From the NCBI RefSeq assembly GCF_009914755.1, contig NC_060927.1: 64,000 bases of DNA, one strand, 5' to 3'. Positions 11,792-27,161 of the stretch are shown piece by piece (the stretch's first letter is position 1; every line of letters begins with the position of its first letter). The notes under the pieces were generated by a model that saw nothing but the letters and a program-made list of their open reading frames with translations, did not search any database and was not told the DNA's origin. Position numbers and translations under genes: made by a program. Source of the stretch: the human T2T-CHM13v2.0 reference genome, Homo sapiens.

Positions 11792-12100
11792 GCTGGGCGG
11801 GGGTGGCTCATGCATGTAATCCCAACACTTTGGAAGGCCCAGGTGGGTGGCTCACTTGAGTTCAGGAGTTTGAGACCAGCCTGGCCAACATAGTGAAACC
11901 CCATCTCTACTAAAAATACAAAAATTAGCTGGGCGTGGTGGCAGGTGCCTGTAATCCCAATACTCAAGAGGCTGAGGCAGGAGAATCACTTGAACCTGGG
12001 AGGCAGAGGTTGCAGCAAGCCAACATCTGACCATTGCACTCCAGCCTGTGTGACAAGAGCTAGACTTAGCCTCAAAAAAAAAAAAAAAAAGAATAAAAGA
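11792..12100 (+). mobile_element. Alu (AluS-like)
   Basis: Dimeric Alu with taaaaatacaaaaattagc linker and poly(A); TSD-like gaataaaaacc on both sides. Confidence 0.95.
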
Positions 12101-13349
12101 ATAAAAACCCTTCAAAATGAAAACAGACCTGTTAATAATTCCTTTTTTTTTTTTTTTGCCCTGTAAGAAAGTATGTTAAGTTTATTTGTCTTCTGGTAAA
12201 TTATTATATTAAAAAATATGACTTCAGGGTCATCCCTAAATAGTTAAATATATAATTTGAACCCTATATATTTACCTAAATATATTCCATTTTTGGAGTG
12301 TCACCTTCATTTATTCTAGTCAGGGTCATCAATCTCCATCAGGGTTTACTTTCTACTCTCTCATTGGGTATGCCAGCTCTGTCATAAAGGCAAATGTAGA
12401 ACTTGCGGTGGTCCTCTCAAGGTGGCACCAGCAACAGCTGGCATGGGCTTAGAGCCATTGCGTCAAAAGATACAGCTAGGAGCAGTAACTCTGTTTGACC
12501 CCTGGGTAGTTATCTCCCCTTCTTATTATTGTTGGGTACATATGGACATTGGAAGTGGCCAGTGGAAAACCATTGCTTTAACATTCATCCCCAGAATTCA
12601 CCATACCTAGCAGTAGCAGCAGATTTAGGCCAAATGAGAAGTCTGTTACACAGGTCTATTATATTTGCTCCCTCCTTTGTTTTTAGCTCTACTTTCTCCA
12701 CTTCTAATGGTTCCTTCCAGTCTTCATCTTTCCTTAATTCCTTAAACCCAATTCTGATCTTTTCCCATGACAGAGTAGCAGGGCTATCTGAAAAATGTGT
12801 CTCCTCTACAATATTAAGTAGTCCAACATAAAAAGGTGACTATAGATTAAAATGGATTGGAGAAGTAAAAACCTAAATAAATATAAGTAATACAGTAATT
12901 TAACAATTGTTGGCATTGTCTGCCAAGTAGTTAACAATTTATCAAGCAGTGGGCTAAATTTTATGTACACTATTTCTATTGAATCCTTACAACATGGGTA
13001 TTATTGTCTTGATTTTACAGGCAATTGATATTTTCACAGGTGTTAAACATTTTGTTCAGAGTTACATGACCTGGAAGTGGCAGAATCAGGATTTTAATAC
13101 ACATTAGCTTGTTCCCAAAGCCAGTGTAGAGTGGAAAGGATCATTCAAAGCCAATTAATAATTTACTACAAATGCAGTCATCTTTTATCTAGAATTCTTG
13201 GAGGGTTATTCATCAACTTGTAAATAGTTCCAGATTCCTGCCTTTCAAGGCATCTACTCTGTTATTAAAAATAAGAGGAAGAATAGCTACAATTTATGTA
13301 ATGTTTGTAATGTTTCAGGCACGTTCCTAAGCCCAGAATATGATCAATC

Positions 13350-13790
13350 ATTATAATTATGGGCTCTGGAGCCAAACTGCCTAGATTTGAATCCTTACTT
13401 CACCATTGTGAGACCTTGGGCCTCGGTACGTTAATACCTCAGTTTTCTCATTTGTGAAGTGGGGAATAATATTCCCTATAATGTAGAGTTATTATAAGAA
13501 TTGGGTGAGGTAGTATACATATAACTCTTGGGACTGTAACTCTTCATAGGCAGCATTCAATAAATGGTAACTAGATTGTTAGTTGTTTCTATTGTTTCAT
13601 GTAAAACAAAGTGCTAAGCAATTTACATCTATTATTTCACCCAGTCCTCTTAGTAATTTTGTGAGGTATGCATTATGCGTGTCCTCATTTTACAAAAGGT
13701 GTCAAAGATGAGGCAGGGGTTATATAATTTTCCTAAGGACACAGAGCCAGGATTCTAACACAGACAGTGTGTCTCCAAAGCCTGTCTTCT
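13350..13790. mobile_element. Two MIR fragments in opposite orientations
   Basis: gggctctggagccaaactgcctagatttgaatcc...cctcagttttctcatttgtgaagtgggg and cctcattttacaaaa...ttcctaaggacacagagccaggattc; boundaries approximate. Confidence 0.6.
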
Positions 13791-15092
13791 CAGCAGAAGT
13801 TGTACACTGGTTCTTTACTGTTGGACAATGTCAATGCTCAGAAAACATGTTTCTATTTTAAGTCAAACTATGCCCATAAAACTTCAACCTCTTTGATTTT
13901 TGTTGTAGTTATTAATAGTTATTAATAGTTATTAACACATCACTGAACCCTGAGAACTTTTTCCTCTTTCTCTTTCTTCTCTTTCAATGCTCCACACCCC
14001 TCTTCATGAATCCCCACTCCAACAGTCTTACTTCATCACGTTTCCATCAGAAATTTGTTAGATATTTGGGAAGAATGTGCAAAGTAAATGTATGTAACCC
14101 AAAGCAAGAAAATAGATTTTTCATGTGCTTGACCAAAAGTGTGTTTTAAACAATAAATGCAGATCTACTTAGGAATCAGTGCTTTTCTTATGATATAAAA
14201 TAATCATCAAGAGGCAACACATTAAGCCTGGGAATTTCCCAGCAAATTCTCTGAGAAGAGTCAGTTCTGTATCTTTTTCTTCCACCAAGAGAAGAGTCGA
14301 ACATGTCCAGATTTCACCCTGCCCCAGAGGGGCTGGGGGGCCGGCTTGGCAACCCTGGGTACCACACAGTCACAACACACTGGGACTGCCTTCCAGGATC
14401 AGCAAATTTGGGGAAGTTATGTGCCTGTTGTGAATTTGTATCCAAGCAACACGCAGATTTTTAATAAATAAATGGCTCTCCAAATAACTTTATTCACTGA
14501 GGAGAAATTTCAAGTTTTTGTCTCTCACTCTGAATAGCACTTGATGTTCTGTTCTTCCTATGTTGAATCTAAAAACCACACAAACTTTGTTCCCCCTCTG
14601 TAAATTATTATCACAAGTGGAAAGTGCTTTGGTTTTCAGGAGATGATGAAGCATTGTTTTTCAAAGTTCTCCACTTGTTACAGAAACAATGTCAGGATGA
14701 GAGTTTGATTTAACGGGATGGATGTTTGTCAGATATCATTTTTGAATCCCCTGCTAGAACAGGGAGTTGGCTAAAGAGTTGTTCTGATTTCATTGCCAGT
14801 CAACTCACAGCTCGAGTGTTCTTCTCAAGAATCTTGCAATGAAGTTAGAGAAGGGGGATGGTGGAGTAGAGTAACAGGAAAAAAGTGATACAAGATAGGA
14901 CATTAAATAATTTTACACATAATTGTGTGAGAAATTATGTAGCTGAACCAATGGAATCAGCCTAAGTTCCAATAAATCTCTGTAGGAATGTCAAATATTT
15001 CTAAATCTCTATCTGCTTGGAAAATACTTGCCCAGGCTGTGTAGAGCAGAACTTCATCCTTTGGAAGGATCATGGCGTCCCTTCCTGTGTAG

Positions 15093-15456
<364 letters not shown>

Positions 15457-17090
15457 TTGACTCACCTTTCAGCTTTCTGAAATGCTCTAACTTATGGAAA
15501 GCCTTCCCTGACCTCCCTTTTTCCCCTTGCACCTGGTAATTAGGTAGTCTCTCTTTTAGTTTTCATAACATTTTGTATATTCCCCCCCAGCATAATCCAC
15601 ATTTATTTGTTTGCATGTGTGTTTACCCTCTAAAGAGTGAACTTCTTAAGACAGATACTATGTCTTAGGCTTTTAAAAAAAAATTCCAATTGCCTAACAA
15701 AGTGCTATTTCAAGACATCTTCATTGGATGGGTGGATGGCTGGGTGGATGAATTAAATAATGAGACATAATAGTAGAAATCTTGGCATCACTACATTTAG
15801 TGGTCACTAATTAAAATTCATTAATTAACAAGATGATTAAATAGGGTGGAAATAGCAACTAGCTTTGAAGCAATAAAACTCAGGTCTGAATTTCCATTGC
15901 AATACTTACATGCTATTTTGTCTTGCTTTGATTGCTTGACTTCTTAGACCACCAGCTGTCTCTTTCATAAACTTACAAAACTTACCTCCCAGAAATTTTA
16001 TAAAAATTAGTTAAGATTACATATATAAAAAGTGTGGTCAATTATAGGTGATTAATAATAGTAGCCATTATTATATCAATACCAAAAACTCCTCTACATT
16101 TTTAAACATATTCTTGTTTCAAAATAAATTTTCTGAAGACCTCCCAGAACACATAAATACATGCATAGACATTTCTACCTTAACACTTTCAAACCAATAG
16201 ATGATTTATGCACACACACACGAGCACACATACACAATCATGAATACAAAACATGTGTTTTTCATTTAAAACACTAATTTGGGCCTAAGAACTCTTGCTT
16301 TTTTAGAAATAAGACTTATAGATAAATAATGAAAATTATAACAATAATGGTAATATTTACACAGCATTTATCCTGTACCAGGTGCCATTTTAAACACACA
16401 CACATATATATATATAGGCATAAGAACACTATGATATGATGTAGGCATATTACTAGTATTTCCATCTAACAGATGGGGAATTTTAAGCACAGAGTACTAT
16501 AAAGAAATAATTGGCCTATGCTCATGTATAGTAAATAGCATCAGTTTGGAAAACTCATTAAGGTAGCAGTTACGTAATGTTACTCATGAAACAGGTGTCT
16601 GTGCAGGAGCCATTCGATATTTGCACAACAAAATATAGCCAACCTTATAAGCTAAATAGTTTGGAAAGGAAGACTCACTTATGGAAGCACGCTCTGCAAA
16701 TTTAAGATAGTCATGGTGGAAACAGAAGTCTTCAGATTCCCACCACAGTGAATAGTGTCTTTGTACTCTTTGAAACTAATGGTTTCCAAAATTTCAAGCC
16801 TTTCAAGCATGGTGGGTGACAGGCAGGGGCAGTGTCAATGTAGTCACTGTGGGTACCATTTGGATTTCGCCTCTCAATATACTGTTTGTAGTTTGTCCCT
16901 GAAGTGGAATGCATAGATATCTGGGGCATGTAAACTTTCTACAAGCTACCTCAGCTATGTAATCTTATCAGCTGGTATCTAAACCCTCTCATTTTTTTCC
17001 AGTTTAATGGAAAATGCATAATGCCTATATATATGAAACACCATATTCTGGTCCTTTATTATGGAGACTTACAGAGTCATCCCTGAAAAT

Positions 17091-17092
<2 letters not shown>

Positions 17093-17126
<34 letters not shown>

Positions 17127-17190
17127 ATTTTGCTCCTGATATATATATATCAGGATATATATATATATTCCTGATATATATATATATTCC
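17093..17190. repeat. (TG)n microsatellite followed by palindromic (AT)n/CCTG units
   Basis: About 16 TG units, then tcctg(at)6cagga and further cagga/tcctg-(AT)n units. Confidence 0.9.
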
Positions 17191-20100
17191 AAATTGTTTA
17201 TTTTATCTATGGAAGAGATATGGTATAAAGGAATATCAAGTTCTAAAATAATGTATCTTCTACTTAATAGTATCTTAATACTTAATGTATCTTCTACTTA
17301 AATAATATATCTGTCCATTACAGAAAATCAATGCCAAGGTGGAAAAGCCCTTTTGGTGGAAGAAGCCTGATCACAGTAGTGACAGTATTCCAGTGTTCTG
17401 TATCATGCCAAAAATTATAAAGGAAGGCTGTGAAAAGATGTCAGAACTAGCAGCTCTTTTAGATGGTAGTTTAATGTACATAGGAATCACTAAGAGTTGG
17501 AAACAGGAAGGTTTCTGGACATCTCCTTTAGAGATTCTGATTCTCTGTGGGGTAGAGCTCAAGAATTTGTATAACAAGCTCTCCTAATAATTCTGACGGG
17601 GGTGGACCAGGTACCATATTAGGACAAACTCTGCTTCAGGGCATCTTTTGTTATTTAATAGTTAATATTATTTATTTTAAACACTTCAAAAACTGTAAAG
17701 AATTACAAAAATTATCTCTTAATCATTATGTCATCTACCCTAGATCTTAAGATGTGCAGACATTCTTGTAGCAGGTATTGAAAGGCAATTAGTTTCAAAT
17801 GTATCATAGTTTATAACAGAATTCTCTATTAAATGATAGAGACATTTTAGTTCTCAGAGCTTTTAGGGTGCTATTTGGAAGGCAAATTTTGTCTTGCAAT
17901 CTGTTCTACCACTTAAATAATATTTATTTTATGTTCTACATTTTACCCCTCATTAGTTGCTCATAGGTAGTGGGGATAGGCAAAACATCTTGCCCAAAAG
18001 CCCTGGTTTCTGAGATTTTGGACTTCTGTTAAACAATTTAAATTCAACAAGGCATCTTATTGCTGATGAGTAATTGATGACCCTTCTAACACCAATCTCA
18101 TCATTGTATTAAAGCAACTGTAACACACTGAAGACTAAATAAAAGAAAACTGATATTTGAATACAACAGGTATTGAAAAAGCAGTGAAAGGGTAGAAGAA
18201 CGAGCATAGATTTTGCACATTGGTCTTAAGACCCTAGGTCACTCTACTGTGAAAGAAAAGATTGTAGACAAACAGTGACATGCTCTAAACTTGAAATGAG
18301 CTCAATGTCATTATCACCATCATCATCATTATCATTGTTATCATTGGCATTATTATTATTCCTAAACAAATTTGATTAAAAGTTTGAACTTTTGTTCTTT
18401 ACTAAAAGTGATGTCTACTTACCTGTTTTTTGCTAGATTCAATGAAATTGTTATTCTCTCTGTGAAATAGCTTGATAGAAAATCTGACATTGTTTGATAG
18501 AAAAAAAATAGGCATTGAAGTTCTTGATTTAGGTATTTTCTCCAAAGATCACCTACCGTTTATCTCAGGGCAGCTGTTTGATTTCCATGATATTATTTAT
18601 TTTACATTTGTAATAGGGGATAGTAATATTTTTCTCTGGTAATCACTGAGAAGATGAAACAAAATATGCATTTGGCATTTTCAGGGTAAGGTTTCAAGAT
18701 ACTTTATTAAAAAATTTTGTATTCACTTCCTCCATGAAGAAGATCCAAAATAGTGAATAAATAATCACAGTTTTAATGGACTGCCCAAAAGAAAACACTG
18801 GGATTCAACAGAAAATTGACAGGCAATACCTAAAGCAAGGAAGGAGAAGGAAGTGAGACAGCTTGCTTAGCCAGGATCACCTGGAAGCCAAGAAAGACTT
18901 CTCAATTTGGGGAAAGGGTGAGTAAGAGACCCTCAGGGGTCCACATTCTCACCATGGATTCCTACAATTCTGGACACAGTATATCCCCATCATGAGTCCT
19001 GAAACTAACATAAGGAGCTGCTAGAAAATTGTACCACAGGCACTGCCCCAGGGAGGAAGCTCGTACTCCATCTTTCACATTCCTCGAGACCTAAGCAGCT
19101 TCAGCGAGGTTCCACTTTAGAACTCCACCCTCAGGAGACTACGCACTGTCCTGGACCCAGTGGCCCTGGGGCTGATGTGTAAGAGAGTACAGCTGCTGCC
19201 CCCAGGGCTTAAGCACAAGTGACTGAGAGCTACTGCACCCAGCATGGAGGTGCAACTGAGGCACATGCTTCCACCCTTAAGACTGAGGCATGAATGAGGC
19301 ACCATTCTAGAGCCCCACGCCCAACAGACTTCACACTGTCTTGGAGCCCAGGGCTGCTGAGGCTTAGGTACAAGAAAAGAGCTGACTGCTGACTCTAGGG
19401 CTGAAGTTCCAGTACCACTTCCAATGACACATGAGTGAAGTGTGTTCTATCACCCACCAGCCTAGGCTACTGTCACTGAAAGTGGCACTTCCTTCTCCCT
19501 CAATGACAGGGAAGTAGTGTGGCCATTGCTATCCTCTACCTAAGCATGTTATCTGTGGCCTAGGGACCGCCCCACCCCTCCTTACCATGGCCAAACACTG
19601 TATACACCATTGAAGACCTGATAACAAGCCAGCATAATCCAGCTTTTCCCCTCCCTCCCATGCCAGAGTTCACAGTTTGTGGGCCAGGCAATTGCCCGGT
19701 CCGGTCTACCACCATTGGCACGTGAATGAACACTCCTCCCAGGAGACTGATATTGGGACTATGCACCTAGCCACTACCACCCCAGCTGGCACCTATCTAT
19801 ATATGCTACCTGCAGACATGGAGACTGGCCCACCCACCATATTTCAGCCACTGCCAATACTAGTGCATAGGGGGACACAGAGGATTGTTCCACCATGGCT
19901 ACTGTCATTGCCCATGCCATATTGGCAGGCCAGAAGCCTTGGAACCCACCAACCTTCCAGCCCATGGCTGCCACTATTGGCATCTGAGTAAGCAACATGG
20001 AGATCCCAAAATTGGCCCACCTGGGCCCACTAACCCAGGTACCAGCATACACCACCCTGAGGTTTACAAACAGGCATACCCAGCTCACCAATGCAACCAC

Positions 20101-22590
20101 TGTGGATCAAAAATTGGCCTAGCTGGCACCCCAGTGGCCAGAAAAACTGTACCACAACCTCCACTAATAACTGCATAAGGAAATATCAGATATCGCTGAT
20201 GCTGCCTATAGCTGTAGAAGTCATACAGAGGCTATACCACTGTATGAACACAGAATCAAAGCCAAAGTGCCCAATCCAACCAACCCCTTAGATTCATCCT
20301 CAGGAAAATGTTCTTTCCTTTGACAGCAAATTCAAAAAATTGGAAGAAGCAACTGACACACTAGATATGAAGATATTAAGGTATTAACACAAGAACAGGA
20401 AACATGAAAAGCAAGAAAGTATGACACCCCCAAAGGAACACAATAATTACCCAGAAACAGGTCCCTAATAAAAAGAAATTAACAAAATCCCAGAAAAAGG
20501 AGTCAAATTATTGATTCTAAAGAAGCTCAGTGAGATGCAATAGAACTCCAAAAAGCAATACGAACAAATAAAAACAATTCAGTATATGAATGAGAAATTT
20601 AGCAAAGGGGTACCTATCATAATAAGAGAACTAAACAGTCATTCTGGTACTGAAGAATTCATGGAATGAAGTATAAAATACATTCAGAAGCTTCAATAAT
20701 AGACTAGATCAAGCAGAAGAAAGAATCTAAGAACCCAAATACAGTTCTTTTGAAATAATCCAATCAGAGAAAAAAAAAAAAAAAAAAGAACAAACTTTTG
20801 TGATATTTGGGATACTCTAACCAAATATGTGAATTATAAGTAGCACAGAAGGCAAAGAGAGAGCAAAAGAGTTAACAAATTTGACAAAATAATAGATGAA
20901 GACTTCCCAAGTATAGAAAGAGATTTACAGGACACAGGAGGCCCAGCAATCTCCAGACACAATGCAAAAAATCTCCATGGCACATTATAGAAATAATATC
21001 TCAATTCACTTACAAAGAGAGAATTCTAAAAACAGTAAGGGAAAAGCATCTAATCACCTATAAAGGAACCCTCACCAGATTAACAGCAAGTTTCTCAGCA
21101 GAACCTTACAGGCCAGGAGAAAATGGGATGTTATATTCAAAGCAATGAAAGAAAAAAAAACTGCTAAAGAAACATGCTATGTATCTCCAGCAAAATTATT
21201 CATAATGAAGGCGAAATAAAGTATTTCCCAAATAAGCAAAAGCTGAGGGAATTCACCACTAAGTCGATCTTACAAGAAATGCTCAAGGGAGTCCTAAATC
21301 TGGAAGTGAAAGGACAACATCATGCAAACACACAAAAGTATAAAACATAATTGTAAAGCAAATACACAAATGAAAATAATGAAAGACTCAAATAGTACCA
21401 CTATAGATAACCACCAAATCACAATGACTAACAATGAGAGGAAAAAAACAGAATAAAGAATATACAAAATAACCAGAAAACAATTAAAAATATAAAAGAA
21501 GAAAACCTCACATATCTATAAATAACAATGCATTTAAATTAAATTATCCACTTAAAAGATATACACTTGCTGAGTCAATTTAAAAAACAAACACCTGATT
21601 CAACTATATGTTCTCTACAAGAAATGCATGTTAGTTGTAAAGACACATATAGACTAAAACTAAAGGCAGAGAAAAAGATATTCCATGCAATGAAAATCAA
21701 AAGTGAACAGAAGTAGTTATACTATCAGATAAAACAGACTTTAAGTGAAAAACAGTAAAAAACTGTAAAAAAAAAAAAAAAAAAAAAGACAAGGTCACTA
21801 CATAATGATAAAAGAATAAACCAGCAAGAAGAAATAACATTCTAAATATGTATGCACCCAACACTGGAGCATCCAGATTCATAAAGCAAACATCACTACA
21901 TCTAAAGAGAGCAATAGACTCCAGTACAATAATGATATAGGACTTCACCCCACACTTAGCATTAGACAGAGCATCCAGACAGAAAATCAACAAAGAAACA
22001 GTAGACTTAAACTGGGCTTTAGACCAAATGGACCTAACAGACATTTACAGAACATTTCATCCAACTGCAGAATATACATTCTTCTCATCAGCACATGAAA
22101 CATTCTTCAGGATAGACCATGTTAGGCCACAAAACAAGTGTCAACAAATTTTTAAAAATCAAAATTCTATTAAGTATTTTATCAGAACACATTGAAATAA
22201 AACTAGGAATCAATATCAACAGGAACTTCAATAACCATGTAAATACATGAAAATTAAACAACATGAAACAACCATTGAGCTAATTAAAAATTTAAAATGA
22301 AAATCAAAAAAATTTTTGAAACAAATTGCAATGGAAATACAACATATCAAAACATGTGAGGTACAACAAAAAAGGAAGTTGATAGCTATAAATGCCTACA
22401 TCAAAAAAGTAGAAATATTTTAAATAAGTAATTTGACAATGCACCTCAAAGAACTAGAAAAACAAAAGCAAACCACACTCACAATTAGCAGAATGAAAGA
22501 GATACTAAAGATCAGAGCTGAACTGAACAAAATATAGACTAAAAAAAATGCAAAGGATAAATGATCAATTAAACAAAAATGGGCTCTTCA

Positions 22591-22939
<349 letters not shown>

Positions 22940-23268
22940 CTAGACTAACAAAGAAAAGAAGGGATAAACCCCAAATAAGTAAAATCAGAAATGAAAAATG
23001 AAACATTCCAACTGATAACACAGACATCAAAAAGTTGATTAGAGACTATTATGACCAACTATGCACTAAGAAACTAGAAAACTTAGAGCATATGGATAAA
23101 TTCTAGGAAACATGCAACCTACCAAGATTGAATCAGGAAGAAAGAGAAAATTTAAACTGTCAAAAATGAGTAGTGAGACTGAATTAGTAGTTAAAAGTCT
23201 CCCAACAAAGAAAGGCCCAGAACTGCATAGATTTACTGCTGAAAGCAAACATATAGAAAACTAATACT

Positions 23269-23750
<482 letters not shown>

Positions 23751-24318
23751 TCAACAAAATACTAGCAAATTAAATTTAACGGCATATCAAAAAGATAAGA
23801 CACATGATTAAGTGGGATTTGTACCGAGGATGCAAGATGATTAAACATACACAAATCAATAAACATGATGTATCACATCAACAGAATGAAAGGCAAAAAC
23901 TATATTATTATCTCAATAGACTCAGAACATTTGATAAAATTCAACATCTTTTCAAGATACAAACTTCACATTAACTAGGCATAGAATGAATATACCTCAG
24001 TAAAGGCCATATATGACAAACCCACAACTAACATCATACTGAATGGAGAAACGTTGAAAGCCTTTTTTCTAAGTACAAGATGCCTACTTTCAGCACTTCC
24101 AGTCAACATGGAAGTCCTAGCCAGAGTATTCAGACAAGAGAAAGAAATGAAAGGCATTCATATTGGAAAAGAGGAACACAAATTGTTCCTCTTTGCAGAC
24201 AACATGACCTTGTGTTTAGAAAAAACAAAAGACTCCGTCAAAAAACTTGTAGAGGTAACAAACAAATTCAGTCAAGTTGCAAGATACAAAATCAACATAC
24301 AAAAATCAGCTGCATTTC

Positions 24319-24655
<337 letters not shown>

Positions 24656-25666
24656 AATCAGCTGCATTTCCATATTCCAATAATGAAATAGCCAAAGAAA
24701 AAAACAAAGATGGCAATATCATTTACAATAAATGCAAAAAATAAAATACCTAGGAATACGTTTAACCAGAGAGGTGAAAGATCTCTATCAGCTAAACTGT
24801 AACACACTGATGAAAGAAATTGAAGAAGATACAAACAAATGAAAAGACCATCCCATGCTCATGGATCAGAAGGGTTATCATTAAAATGACCATAATTCCC
24901 AAAGCAGTCTACAGATTTAATTCAATTCCTATGAAAATACCAACGTCATTTTTCACAGAAATAGAAAAAACAATCCTAAAGTTCATAGGAAACATTAAAA
25001 GACCCAAAATAGCCAAAGCAATCCTGAGCAAAATGAACAAAGCTGAAGGCATCACATTACCTTACTTAAAAATATATTACAAGGCTGTAGTTACCAAAAC
25101 AGTATGGTTACTGGTATAAAAATAGACACATAGACAGATAAAACATAATAGAGAACCCAGAAAAAAATGCATATATCACAGTCAACTGATTTTCTACAAA
25201 GGCACCAAGAACATACACTGGAGAAAGGACGACCTCTTCAAAAAATAATGCTGGGAAAATTGGATGTCCGTATTCAGAAAAATGAAACTGGACTTCTTTC
25301 TCTCCTCATCTATAAAAATCAACTCAAGATGGATTAAACACTTAAATGTAAGACCTAAACTTATAAAACTACTAGAAGAAAACACAGAGAAAACAATTCA
25401 GAATATTAGTCTAGGCCAAGATTTTGTGGCTAAGACCTCAAAAGCACAAACAACTAAAACAAAAATAGGCTAACCAGACTATATTAAACTAAAAACCTTC
25501 TGCACAGTAAAAGAAACAGAGTGAAGAGACAACCAGTTGACAGTTGAATGGGAGAAAATGTTTGCAAATCATTCATCTGAAAAGGAATTAATCAGAATAT
25601 ACAAAGAACTCAAACAACTAAACAATTAAAAAAAAGAAAAATTCCATTAAACAGTGAGCAGAATGG

Positions 25667-25962
25667 GGCCAGGCAAGGTGGCTCACATTTTTAATCCCAG
25701 CACTTTGGGAGGCCGAGGTGGGCGAATCACTTGAGGTCAGCAGTTCAAGACCAGCCTGGCCAACATGGTGAAACCCCGTCTCTACTAAAAATACAAAAAT
25801 AAGCCTGGCTTGGTGGCACACACCTGTAATCCCAGTTACGTGGGAGACTGAGGCACGAAAATCACTTGAATCAGGGATTCAGAGGTTGTAATGAGCCGAG
25901 ATCCTGCTACTGCACTCCAGCCTGTGTGACAGAGTGAAACTCTGTCTCAAAAAAAAAAAAAA
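25667..25962 (+). mobile_element. Alu (AluS-like) inserted in L1
   Basis: Full dimer with poly(A); degenerate TSD aaacagtgagcagaa / aaaagtgggaaagaa. Confidence 0.95.
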
Positions 25963-26134
25963 AGTGGGAAAGAACATGAAAAGACAGTTCTCAAAAGAAT
26001 ACATACAAATGGCCAACAAGTATATGAAAAAATTATCAGCATCATTATTTATCAGGAAAATGCAAATCAAAACTAAAGATTACATATCATCTTATCCTAG
26101 TTAAAATGGCTATTATTAAAAAGACAAAAAGCAA

Positions 26135-27161
26135 GCTGGATCCTGCGCCTGGCCAGCCCCGCCCGACCTTCCCTCCGGCCCACCTGACCGCCATGTGTCT
26201 CTCCTCCTCCCCACCTCGTGGCTGGCAGCAGCCCTCCCGCTTTGGCTCCGTGGACTGGCTCTGCCTGAGCAGCTGCTCAGGGTCGACCCACACCCCCAGG
26301 CCTGCCGACGTCTCCCCCGGGAGCCTCCCTGGCCCGGGCCAGACGTTCGGCACCCGGGAGCCCCCTCAGGCTGTCAGTACCAAGGAGGCTAGCTCGTCAA
26401 ATCTGCATGCGCCGGAGAGGACTGTGGCTGGGTTGAGTAAGGAGCCAAACCCCTAGCTGGCTCCCGGTGTCCGCACAGCCTTCACCACAGAGCAGGTCCG
26501 TGCCTTGGAGGGCGTCTTCCGGCACCACCAGTACCTGGGCCCTCTGGAGCGGAATTGGCTGGCCAGGGAGATGCAGCTCTCAGAGGTCCAGATAAAAACC
26601 TGGTTTCAAAATCGCCGGATGAAACACAAACGGCAAATGCAGGACTCCCAGCTAAACGGCCCCTTATCGGGGTCTCTCCACGGGCCCCCTGCTTTCCACT
26701 CACCATCTTCTGGCCTTGCCAATGGCCTGCAGCTGCTGTGCCCTTGGGCACCCCTGCCTGGGCCCCCTGGCTGCCCCTTGGCTCCTTCTGGGGTCTCTGA
26801 CAAATGGATCAAGAGGCCCTGGCCTCTTCGTGGGCTTCCTGCTGCGGGCAGCCTCTGGCGTACCACCCCCCCCACGCCCAGGAAGTGGTGCGCATAAGCT
26901 GGGACCAGCCCTGTCCACGGGGTCCCGGGGCCTGTGTGCTCTGCCAGAGACAGGGGATGCATTTGAGGAAACGCCTCCGACTACATGCCTCCCACACAAG
27001 CGGTCTGTGCAGATCGCATCTGACGCCTACCCGGAGGACTCAGCTGTTCTGTTTACATCGTGGCGGCACCTCTCACCCTGACCCTCGCAAAGGTTCTGGA
27101 GATTTCTGGAGAATATATTTGTTAAAGTCACCTCTTCACTTAAAAAAAAAAAAAAAAAAAA
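26135..27161 (+). pseudogene. VENTXP7: Processed (retrotransposed) pseudogene of the VENT homeobox gene VENTX
   Basis: Intronless; ATG at 26193 (MCLSSSPPRG...FGSVDWL...), homeodomain PGVRTAFTTEQVRALEGVF...IKTWFQNRRMKHKRQMQ (26463-26642), C-terminal ...GDAF. Poly(A) at 27142-27161; TSD gacaaaaagcaa at 26123-26134 and 27163-27174. Disablements: TAG 26454, frameshift ~26765, TGA 26798, frameshift ~26870. The P7 number is inferred from adjacency to ZNF385D. Confidence 0.9.

Noticed and set aside
26193-26970. A functional VENTX gene
   Set aside because: No introns, poly(A) tail and TSD, two in-frame stops and frameshifts: this is a processed pseudogene.
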